The notes under the pieces: generated by a model
Told to the model about the DNA's origin: nothing
Database searches by the model: none
Seen by the model: only the letters and a program-made list of their open reading frames with translations
From: a virus
Lineage: Duplodnaviria > Caudoviricetes
Virus record (IMG/VR): IMGVR_UViG_3300032320_000196
Location: 1-34,165 of that record
Reading direction: 5' to 3' (one strand)
DNA length: 34,165 nt
Shown here: piece by piece, positions 15,682 to 22,388 of the stretch
Layout of the letters: each line of letters starts with the position of its first letter
Position numbering within the stretch: the first letter of the stretch is position 1
Made by a program: the position numbers and the translations under genes

Positions 15682-16290
15682 ATGTCAATAGAAGCGTTAC
15701 TGAAAAAAGATGTTAATTCTCATACAGAGAAGAAAAACAACCTTACCTACCTGTCATGGGCTTGGGCATGGGCAGAAGCTCTCAAAGCTGATCCTACTGC
15801 TACCTACAAGGTAGAAATGTTTGGCGATAAGTGTTTCATGGACATAAATGGTACGGCAATGGTGTTTGTTACCGCTACCATGTTTGGCAAACCAATGACC
15901 TGTCAATTGCCTGTGATGGACTACAGAAACAAGGCCATCCCCAACCCTGATGCTTTTGCGGTAAACACTGCCATCATGCGTTGCATGACAAAGGCTTTAA
16001 GTCTGCATGGCTTGGGTCTATACATCTATGCGGGTGAAGACTTACCTGAAGAGGGCAGATCAGTAGTGATTACGCCTACTCAGGGCGCACAAGATAATAT
16101 TCCTCCAGAGGAATTACAGTACTTGCAAGAGATGGCAATGGAATTGATTGCTACCTGTGAGCAAGGTGACCCCAAGGCAGCTTGGGATAAGTTGGAAGGA
16201 GAGAACCTTGATGCAGAACAAAAGATTGCATTGTGGACACTCCTACCTAGTAAGGTGCGTTCAGCTTTGAAAAAGGCTAAGGAGTTATAA
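15682..16290 (+). CDS. Sak-type single-strand annealing protein (DUF1071)
   Basis: EKKNNLTYLSWAWAW, LPVMDYRNK, MRCMTKALSLHGLGLYIYAGEDLP. Confidence 0.9.
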   Translation: MSIEALLKKDVNSHTEKKNNLTYLSWAWAWAEALKADPTATYKVEMFGDKCFMDINGTAMVFVTATMFGKPMTCQLPVMDYRNKAIPNPDAFAVNTAIMRCMTKALSLHGLGLYIYAGEDLPEEGRSVVITPTQGAQDNIPPEELQYLQEMAMELIATCEQGDPKAAWDKLEGENLDAEQKIALWTLLPSKVRSALKKAKEL

Positions 16291-16776
16291 ATGGAAATGG
16301 AAGACATCAAGCTAATAGATTTTCTGCCAAACACACACATTTCAAGAGATGGTCGTATTTGGAGAAATGGAAGAGAAAAGAAGTTTACTGTTGGGCCACT
16401 AGGATATGAAGTTGTTGGATTTTCAACAAACAATAAAACAAAAACTTATTACAAACATAGGTTAGTTCTTCATGCCTTTGTGGGTGAGTGTCCAGTGGGT
16501 TGCGAGGCTTTGCATATCAACGGCAATAAACTAGACAATCGTCTTGAAAATCTTAGGTGGGGGACAAGAAAAGAAAATGTTGCCGATGCTATCAAGCATG
16601 GAACTGCAACCATTGGATCAAAAAATGGTGCTGCCAAATTAACTGATGAGATGATTAAGACTATTCGTCAATCTAGGTTAATAAATGATTCTGTAGATAA
16701 ACTATCGAATCAATATCAAGTGTCTGTAACAACAATCAGACGAGTTTTAAATGGATTGACATATAAAGGAGTGTGA
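16291..16776 (+). CDS. Free-standing HNH homing endonuclease with C-terminal HTH
   Basis: HRLVLHAF..LHINGNKLDNRLENLRWGT..EN; AKLTDE DNA-binding tail. Confidence 0.9.
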   Translation: MEMEDIKLIDFLPNTHISRDGRIWRNGREKKFTVGPLGYEVVGFSTNNKTKTYYKHRLVLHAFVGECPVGCEALHINGNKLDNRLENLRWGTRKENVADAIKHGTATIGSKNGAAKLTDEMIKTIRQSRLINDSVDKLSNQYQVSVTTIRRVLNGLTYKGV

Positions 16777-16778
16777 AA

Positions 16779-17015
16779 ATGGAAAAACGTAATAACAGTG
16801 GTGTTTTGTTCCGATCAGATAAGAAAGAAAATGATCGTGCGCCTGATTACAAAGGAAATATCACAGTGGGCGGTCAGGATTACTGGCTATCTGCATGGAT
16901 TAAAGAGGGCAAGTCAGGCAAATTCATGGGTTTAGCAGTATCACCCAAAGAAGACTATCAGCCCAAACAAGCCCCTAAGAAGGCAAGTTTTGAAGACGAA
17001 GATTTGCCTTTTTGA
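16779..17015 (+). CDS. Small SSB-like protein
   Basis: SGVLF...PDYKG...YWLSAW and acidic EDEDLPF tail. Confidence 0.75.
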   Translation: MEKRNNSGVLFRSDKKENDRAPDYKGNITVGGQDYWLSAWIKEGKSGKFMGLAVSPKEDYQPKQAPKKASFEDEDLPF

Positions 17016-17027
17016 GTTAATATAAAC

Positions 17028-17084
17028 CCGAGGGGAGAGCTGTGCAAAGGATTTTCCTAGCTTGCAGACGAGCAGTTTTCCCCT
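17028..17084 (+). ncRNA. Long bulged hairpin (candidate structured RNA)
   Basis: GAGGGGAGAGCTG/CAGTTTTCCCCTC, TGCAA/TTGCA and AGGA/TCCT stems with 3' bulges; no U-tract. Confidence 0.45.
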
Positions 17085-17103
17085 CACCCAATAGGAGTTA
17101 ACA

Positions 17104-17487
17104 ATGAGTTTACTAACAAATGTGTATTTCAAAGATACGTTTGATAAGGTCTTTGGGACATCTATCAAATCAATGGCTAGACGCAACGATCTTGACACTT
17201 CTCATGAAGCGGCAAGGGATGCCTCTAAAAAAGCCCCCAATCATCGTTTAATCGCCTTGCAAGCCCTTTCTGAACATGGGCCTATGACTGACTTTGAGTT
17301 AGCAAATAAAACAGGTCTGCAACAGAACTCCATTGGCAAACGGAGGAAAGATTGTCAGGATATTGGATTGGTGGATTTCTATAGCCCCGATGGTGAGAAA
17401 GAAAGAAGGCAGACGCCTTCTGGAAGTAGTGCTTATGTTTGGCAAATAACAGAACTTGGTAAAAAGTTCTTGGAGGTAATAAAGTAA
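17104..17487 (+). CDS. Winged-HTH protein
   Basis: ARRNDLDTSHEAA motif then GPMTDFELA...KRRKDC. Confidence 0.75.
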   Translation: MSLLTNVYFKDTFDKVFGTSIKSMARRNDLDTSHEAARDASKKAPNHRLIALQALSEHGPMTDFELANKTGLQQNSIGKRRKDCQDIGLVDFYSPDGEKERRQTPSGSSAYVWQITELGKKFLEVIK

Positions 17488-17669
17488 TGTTAGAAAAACC
17501 ACCTTATTCAAAGATTAGTTATCCATCTACCCCAAACAAAGACTTTAAATGGTCTACAGGATCAGATGTCCAGGCAATCTGGAAGAAATATGGATGGACT
17601 CCACCAAGTGAGAAGATGCTTCCACCACCGCCAGAGAAAGATATTCAACCTTTAAGGAGAGTGAGATGA
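17487..17669 (+). CDS. Hypothetical protein (DVQAIWKKYGWTPPSE)
   Basis: 60 aa, coupled. Confidence 0.7.
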   Translation: MLEKPPYSKISYPSTPNKDFKWSTGSDVQAIWKKYGWTPPSEKMLPPPPEKDIQPLRRVR

Positions 17670-17971
17670 GTTACGCAGCAATTAAAATAAAGATTTTGCA
17701 ATGGTCTGAAGCCCGTAAGATCATTCCTAATAGCAACCCAGAGTCTCAGCTACTCAAGGCAGTATCTGAGATGGGAGAACTCGCAGATGCCACAATTAAA
17801 AAAGACAAAGAAGCTATTGTTGATTCTGTTGGTGATGTCATGGTCTGTCTTATTAACTACTGCGCTCTTCAAGACATCAATCTGGTAGACTGCATGGAAA
17901 TAGCATACGATCAGATCAAGAATCGTAGGGGTATTCTTTTGCCAAACGGAGTCTTCCAGAAGGACACTTGA
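17666..17971 (+). CDS. MazG-like nucleotide pyrophosphohydrolase
   Basis: KAVSEMGELAD..DSVGDVMV..AYDQIKNRRG. Confidence 0.85.
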   Translation: MSYAAIKIKILQWSEARKIIPNSNPESQLLKAVSEMGELADATIKKDKEAIVDSVGDVMVCLINYCALQDINLVDCMEIAYDQIKNRRGILLPNGVFQKDT

Positions 17972-17994
17972 GTGTCATAAATCAAATCTACTAT
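17961..17994 (+). promoter_or_regulatory. Pho-box-like promoter
   Basis: GTGTCAT (17972..17978), 10 bp, TACTAT; degenerate repeat 11 bp upstream. Confidence 0.45.
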
Positions 17995-18029
17995 GTCATT
18001 GCAACAATCGGTTGCGTCAGGAGAACATC

Positions 18030-18245
18030 ATGAAATTTGAAATGGAATTTGGTTGGACAGGCAGTGAGAAAATTATTGTTGAAACCTTCGACTTTGATAA
18101 GATTAAAGTCATTCAAGAGTTTATCCAGTTCCAAGATGAAAATGGATGGGAAGTTGAATATGAAGCTATTGACGAACTTGATGACGATTTTGAAGACACA
18201 GAAGAAGAAGAAATAATTGCTGCTGGTTTAGACGATAGCGAATAA
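18030..18245 (+). CDS. Highly acidic small protein
   Basis: MKFEMEFGW after AGGAG; D/E-rich tail. Confidence 0.75.
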   Translation: MKFEMEFGWTGSEKIIVETFDFDKIKVIQEFIQFQDENGWEVEYEAIDELDDDFEDTEEEEIIAAGLDDSE

Positions 18246-18246
18246 G

Positions 18247-18390
18247 CTACTTTGCCAACAGATAAAGCCCCACATTGCTAAAACTGTACCCTGCGTACAC
18301 CATAGCCATGCTGGGGTTACCTTTGAATAGCTGTTCACCAGCAATGTAGGCGTAAATAGCCCCTGTAAGTATGATTAGCCAAGCACTCAA
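18247..18390 (-). CDS. Two-TM microprotein, 47 aa (MSAWLIILTGAIYAYIAGEQLFKGN...)
   Basis: Hand-translated; TTG start overlaps the phosphoesterase stop. Confidence 0.65.
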   Translation of the reverse strand: MSAWLIILTGAIYAYIAGEQLFKGNPSMAMVYAGYSFSNVGLYLLAK

Positions 18391-19373
18391 AATGCACCTA
18401 CATCAATCACTTCACCACGAAACTCAATCTGATCCTCATCAAATTTGTGGACGAGTTCAGGCCACAATAGTCTGCCATTAAAGAAGTTAAGAACCGCAAA
18501 GCCTGATCTGTGATTTCCTGGACTCAGTTCAGCATAAGTAAATTGAGGGCCATCAATTTCAGCCAATGTTCCAGTGTCGACCCCAAAACGATTTCCTCGT
18601 AGATCACTGAACGGGGTCACTTTCAATGCGTGTAAATGCCCACAGACAGTCGAAACGCCAGCATTCAGGGTCGATGTATGCGTTGCGTGAATTCCATTCT
18701 TGTAACGATGTTTGATAATCACATCATCAGTAGGCCATACTGCCCAACAGAATTCCCAATCAAGAAAATGGTCTGTCAGCTTAAAACCAATAACATCTTT
18801 AAACTGTGGTGCGTGTTGCGCTAAACGATTGCCAAACCTAACGTCATGGTTTCCCCATGTCCACAGTAGCTTTACATTGTGCCTTGCTGCTTTAGCCACT
18901 TCCTCAATTTCACCTAGCGCACCCTGACAAGCCTTTAGTTCTTGAATAACAGTAGTCGCTGGTAGTTCAGTTATGTCATGGCGGCTTATAGACGCTCCAT
19001 CAAACGCATCCCCGTTACATATCACCGCATGAGGTTTAAGCGTTTCTATCATGTATAGAAGCCCTTTAAACGCTGTTGAGCGTTGACCAGGTATGAAGTG
19101 GGCATCTGAGAACACAATCACACATCCATCTAGCATCCCAAGTTGAACTTGTTTTAATGGAGAGAAAGATTTTGGCCTATTAGCGTCATAAGCAGCGGAA
19201 CGAGGATCGTTTGAGGATAATTTAATCTTATAGTGTTCCTCAATCCACCTTCTACGCAAATGGGCAGCTCTAAGATTTACTCCTAAATGTTTAGCCACTT
19301 TTGTGGCAGATTGCAGTTCACCCCATAGTTGGATAAATTGCATATCTGTACACGTTTCATTATGTGCGCCCAT
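18387..19373 (-). CDS. Calcineurin-like metallophosphoesterase with N-terminal HTH-like segment
   Basis: SDAH, NGDAFD, GNHD, KH and GHLH metal ligands. Confidence 0.85.
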   Translation of the reverse strand: MGAHNETCTDMQFIQLWGELQSATKVAKHLGVNLRAAHLRRRWIEEHYKIKLSSNDPRSAAYDANRPKSFSPLKQVQLGMLDGCVIVFSDAHFIPGQRSTAFKGLLYMIETLKPHAVICNGDAFDGASISRHDITELPATTVIQELKACQGALGEIEEVAKAARHNVKLLWTWGNHDVRFGNRLAQHAPQFKDVIGFKLTDHFLDWEFCWAVWPTDDVIIKHRYKNGIHATHTSTLNAGVSTVCGHLHALKVTPFSDLRGNRFGVDTGTLAEIDGPQFTYAELSPGNHRSGFAVLNFFNGRLLWPELVHKFDEDQIEFRGEVIDVGAF

Positions 19374-19734
19374 TGGAATCCTTAGACAGTAACTTTTCTA
19401 AAAGGTTAATGACTCTATGCTCTTGCATTTCCACTTCATCTTGAGATGATTTAGGGTCTTGCGCCACAGTCATTAAATCGTGCAGAAACACATGAAGCAA
19501 CTCATGTAAAGCAGTCTGATCCAGAGACTCTGGTGTGATCTTCTCAGCACCAAAATCACCTAGTCTGTAAGTAGCCAATCGAGCAGAAGTATTAAACTCA
19601 ACAGAAGCCATAGCAGCCTTTGCTGGTTTACTTCCTTTTTCAATTCTCCAATCACCCAAACTAAGAATTTGCTGCCACTTTCTGACACTTTGTGCGAAAA
19701 GTTTTGCATCTTCTGGTGTAGGAATGTTAGGCAT
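19360..19734 (-). CDS. Small zincin-like (HEXXH) protein
   Basis: ALHELLHV plus distal EH. Confidence 0.7.
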   Translation of the reverse strand: MPNIPTPEDAKLFAQSVRKWQQILSLGDWRIEKGSKPAKAAMASVEFNTSARLATYRLGDFGAEKITPESLDQTALHELLHVFLHDLMTVAQDPKSSQDEVEMQEHRVINLLEKLLSKDSNGRT

Positions 19735-19740
19735 TTCAAC

Positions 19741-19774
19741 ACCTTATACAGTATTTATGACAATTATATTTAAG
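19741..19774 (-). promoter_or_regulatory. Pho-box-like promoter, probably leaderless
   Basis: CTTAAAT-ATAA-TTGTCAT, 10 bp, TAAGGT, 6 nt, ATG. Confidence 0.45.
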
Positions 19775-20366
19775 ATGCCAACACAAGTAAGGCGTGATCT
19801 ATGTGCTTTATGCGGTCTTCTAGCCCTATAAAACCACCATTTATCTTCTTTGTTAAAGTTTTGTAATCTTTGGAATCAGCGTATTGGTTCAGTTTATGGG
19901 TGTCCCAAAACCACCCCGCAGTGAGGGCAGCGTACATGGGAGTCGCCACCAACTCAGGTTGCATCACAAAATCAACCCCTAGAGCCTGACCTGCATGGAA
20001 ATAGTTTGCATGGCCTGTCAATTGGATACATCCTCGGCCTCGGAAACGATACCCATCACCAGAAGCCTCATCCCTGTTACCCATCCGATTAGAGTAAACA
20101 GTATTGGCAATCAACTTAGGATTACGAGCGCAAGCCTGTGCCTTGGCAGCGTCAAACCTTTTAGGCCATAACTTCTGCAAAGCCTCTGCACGATAGTTCA
20201 AATTCTCTTCAAGAATCCTAAAGTTCCCACATTCATGCCCACATTGACCAATGAAAGCCGCTTTTCTAAGGGGATTCATAATGTCAAAGCGTTCAAAAGT
20301 GGCATTCAGGGCATCTACCCACTCCGCACCAATGTGAAGTTGTTTAAGTTGTTCAGCGTTTATCAT
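19770..20366 (-). CDS. Endolysin, glycoside hydrolase family 19
   Basis: AAFIGQCGHEC..EENLNY, FRGRGCIQLTG, KKINGG. Confidence 0.92.
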   Translation of the reverse strand: MINAEQLKQLHIGAEWVDALNATFERFDIMNPLRKAAFIGQCGHECGNFRILEENLNYRAEALQKLWPKRFDAAKAQACARNPKLIANTVYSNRMGNRDEASGDGYRFRGRGCIQLTGHANYFHAGQALGVDFVMQPELVATPMYAALTAGWFWDTHKLNQYADSKDYKTLTKKINGGFIGLEDRIKHIDHALLVLAS

Positions 20367-20850
20367 TCAACAGGTCTCTCATCTGGTTATACGAGTCTAC
20401 GCAAGCGTTCAAAGCGACAGTATTCTTATCCCCTTGGGCGACTATTTCTGCGATGGCATCGATTGTTGCTCTTTCGGCATCAGAAGGTTCATTAGCCTGT
20501 CTGTTAGATTCACTGGTTGCTTTTGAATCTGCGCTGGCAAAGGAGGTATTTGTGGAGGTTTGTACGTTACTTGGGGGGCAGAGGCGCAACTTGCCAGCAC
20601 GATTGGCAACAGCAAGAGCAGTAGTTTTTTTGTTGATAGCATCATTGGCTTCCTGAAGTTTGGCAGATTGTTGAGAAAGTTTTTCAGTCATGTTTTGCTC
20701 GATCTGACGAGCTTCATCATTCTTTTTGGCAATGGCAATCTTCATGTCGCCATCACGCTCTAGCCATCCATAGTGGTGTCCAACTTGATATGTACCAAAG
20801 AGAGATACCAAAGCACCCACAATAAGCCACGGGAGAGGGATTGGGAACAT
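20353..20850 (-). CDS. Inner-membrane spanin (Rz-like)
   Basis: N-terminal TM, coiled coil, C-terminal LNAC; adjacent to the endolysin. Confidence 0.85.
   Translation of the reverse strand: MFPIPLPWLIVGALVSLFGTYQVGHHYGWLERDGDMKIAIAKKNDEARQIEQNMTEKLSQQSAKLQEANDAINKKTTALAVANRAGKLRLCPPSNVQTSTNTSFASADSKATSESNRQANEPSDAERATIDAIAEIVAQGDKNTVALNACVDSYNQMRDLLNDKR
20442..20645 (-). CDS. Outer-membrane spanin lipoprotein (Rz1-like), embedded in Rz
   Basis: Signal peptide with lipobox LASC, Pro-rich mature part, alternate frame inside Rz. Confidence 0.85.
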   Translation of the reverse strand: MMLSTKKLLLLLLPIVLASCASAPQVTYKPPQIPPLPAQIQKQPVNLTDRLMNLLMPKEQQSMPSQK

Positions 20851-21365
20851 TATTCAGCCTCTTTTCTTGCTTGAGCCAACTCTTCACGCTCTTGGTCATC
20901 TTCTAAGTGGTCAGGTGGGGTTGTCGGAGGAGGGCCAGGTGTCCAAGATTCATCCAACTCAGGGTTAGTCCAAACAGGCATAGCACCAAAAGGTTGACTA
21001 GGCAAACCATACGCAGATTGCGGAGGGGCATAGGACGAGTTAAAACCGCTTATAGAGCCTCCATAGCCCATTGGTTGACACATTGGTTGCGTTGGAGGAT
21101 TAAACGCTCTGGCGGCACTAGACATAGCCCGTTTACCAATAACTCCACCGATACCGCCCACGATCAACAAAACAATGTCGTTCAGCATCTTGGTGTAGGC
21201 TTGGTCAATCGGGGCCATGCTTTTGATTGGCTGAGTGACAAAAGTCACAGAGTAGAGCAAAGCAGCAACAATAAACATGAGGATAAGTGTGACTGCAATC
21301 ACAACAAACCCCCAAATTCTGACCTCAATCTCTTCAGTTGTTAACTTTTGTTTCTGGTTGGACAT
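20850..21365 (-). CDS. Two-TM membrane protein, holin candidate
   Basis: Likely start MSNQKQ; two hydrophobic helices and a Pro-rich tail; upstream of the spanins. Confidence 0.6.
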   Translation of the reverse strand: MSNQKQKLTTEEIEVRIWGFVVIAVTLILMFIVAALLYSVTFVTQPIKSMAPIDQAYTKMLNDIVLLIVGGIGGVIGKRAMSSAARAFNPPTQPMCQPMGYGGSISGFNSSYAPPQSAYGLPSQPFGAMPVWTNPELDESWTPGPPPTTPPDHLEDDQEREELAQARKEAE

Positions 21366-21543
21366 CATTGATTTTTTTCTCCAAGATTGGGGCAACCAAG
21401 TACTCAGGGCAAGTCTGAGTGAATTGGCATCTAGGTTTTTGACATTGTTCAGCATGGAAATTGTCTGGGTTTTGGCAAAAATAGCGATATTTCTCATCAC
21501 AACCATGTAGCATAAAAGCTACAAATACAAGTAAGTACTTCAT
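21334..21543 (-). CDS. Cys-rich lipoprotein
   Basis: Lipobox LHGC followed by four more Cys. Confidence 0.75.
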   Translation of the reverse strand: MKYLLVFVAFMLHGCDEKYRYFCQNPDNFHAEQCQKPRCQFTQTCPEYLVAPILEKKINDVQPETKVNN

Positions 21544-21695
21544 TTACCAAGACCAACCTTTCCAAGTAGAAGATTGACAATTCTGTCAGACAGATCATCA
21601 GGTAAGAACTTCAGAAAACCCAAGAAATACAAAGCCACTAATCCGTAAACGAATATCTTGAGGCACAAGTCAAAGGTCTTTTGATACTCATTCAC
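21540..21695 (-). CDS. Membrane microprotein, 51 aa (MNEYQKTFDLCLKIFVYGLVALYFLGFLKFLPDDLSDRIV...)
   Basis: Hand-translated; GTGA/ATGA-coupled. Confidence 0.7.
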   Translation of the reverse strand: MNEYQKTFDLCLKIFVYGLVALYFLGFLKFLPDDLSDRIVNLLLGKVGLGK

Positions 21696-22189
21696 CGACC
21701 ACACCTTCTTGTTGTCTCACAGAATGTCATCAACTCATTGACACCAACAAAGACTAAAAACAAAACAAAGCAGATTCCACCTATTGCCAAGCCAATCTCT
21801 AATTGTTCTTGCTCTTTTTGTTTGGCTGCTTTCTCTGCTTTCTTTAATGCGCTAATCTCTTTAGCATCAGCCAAGTCCATCTCGGCTTGACGGGCTTTAA
21901 TCTTCTGCCAGACATCAATCTTTCCTGTCTGCATGAAGAGCATCTTTAACTCTTCCTCAAACGCTCTAGCCTGTTCTAAAGCCATCTCAATCTGCAAAGC
22001 CGTACCCATGTTCGAGCCTTTGCCAGACTGCTTGGCCTGAAGCATTGCTTTGGTAGCTACAGACTTAGCGTCAAATAGCTTACCAATCATGGGCGCAAGT
22101 GAGCCTAGGTCATTGGCAACATTAGCTGCCTTCTTGACCATGCTGATTGCTGACTGTATGCCAGCTAGAGCCGTTAGAGGATCGATCAC
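21692..22189 (-). CDS. Coiled-coil protein with C-terminal TM (MIDPLTALAG...)
   Basis: Likely GTG start at 22189. Confidence 0.75.
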   Translation of the reverse strand: MIDPLTALAGIQSAISMVKKAANVANDLGSLAPMIGKLFDAKSVATKAMLQAKQSGKGSNMGTALQIEMALEQARAFEEELKMLFMQTGKIDVWQKIKARQAEMDLADAKEISALKKAEKAAKQKEQEQLEIGLAIGGICFVLFLVFVGVNELMTFCETTRRCGR

Positions 22190-22299
22190 TTCTTTCTCTC
22201 CCACTTGAGACAGACTACTCTGCGATTGTAAACATCGCCAGTCCAAGTCCATTTAATACATCGGTACTCTATGGTTGCCGCCAAGAGAAAGGCGATCAC
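22186..22299 (-). CDS. Microprotein, 37 aa (MIAFLLAATIEYRCIKWTWTGDVYNRRVVCLKWERKK)
   Basis: Hand-translated; GTGA-coupled at both ends. Confidence 0.65.
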   Translation of the reverse strand: MIAFLLAATIEYRCIKWTWTGDVYNRRVVCLKWERKK

Positions 22300-22388
22300 G
22301 GAAATGCCCAAACAATAATATAACTACAAAATATTGCAAAACAAAGAACTAGGACTGCTACTGAGATAGCAAACAGTCCGTCTTTCAT
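22296..22388 (-). CDS. Single-TM microprotein, 30 aa (MKDGLFAISVAVLVLCFAIFCSYIIVWAFP)
   Basis: Hand-translated; TAATG-coupled to the ejection protein. Confidence 0.55.
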   Translation of the reverse strand: MKDGLFAISVAVLVLCFAIFCSYIIVWAFP

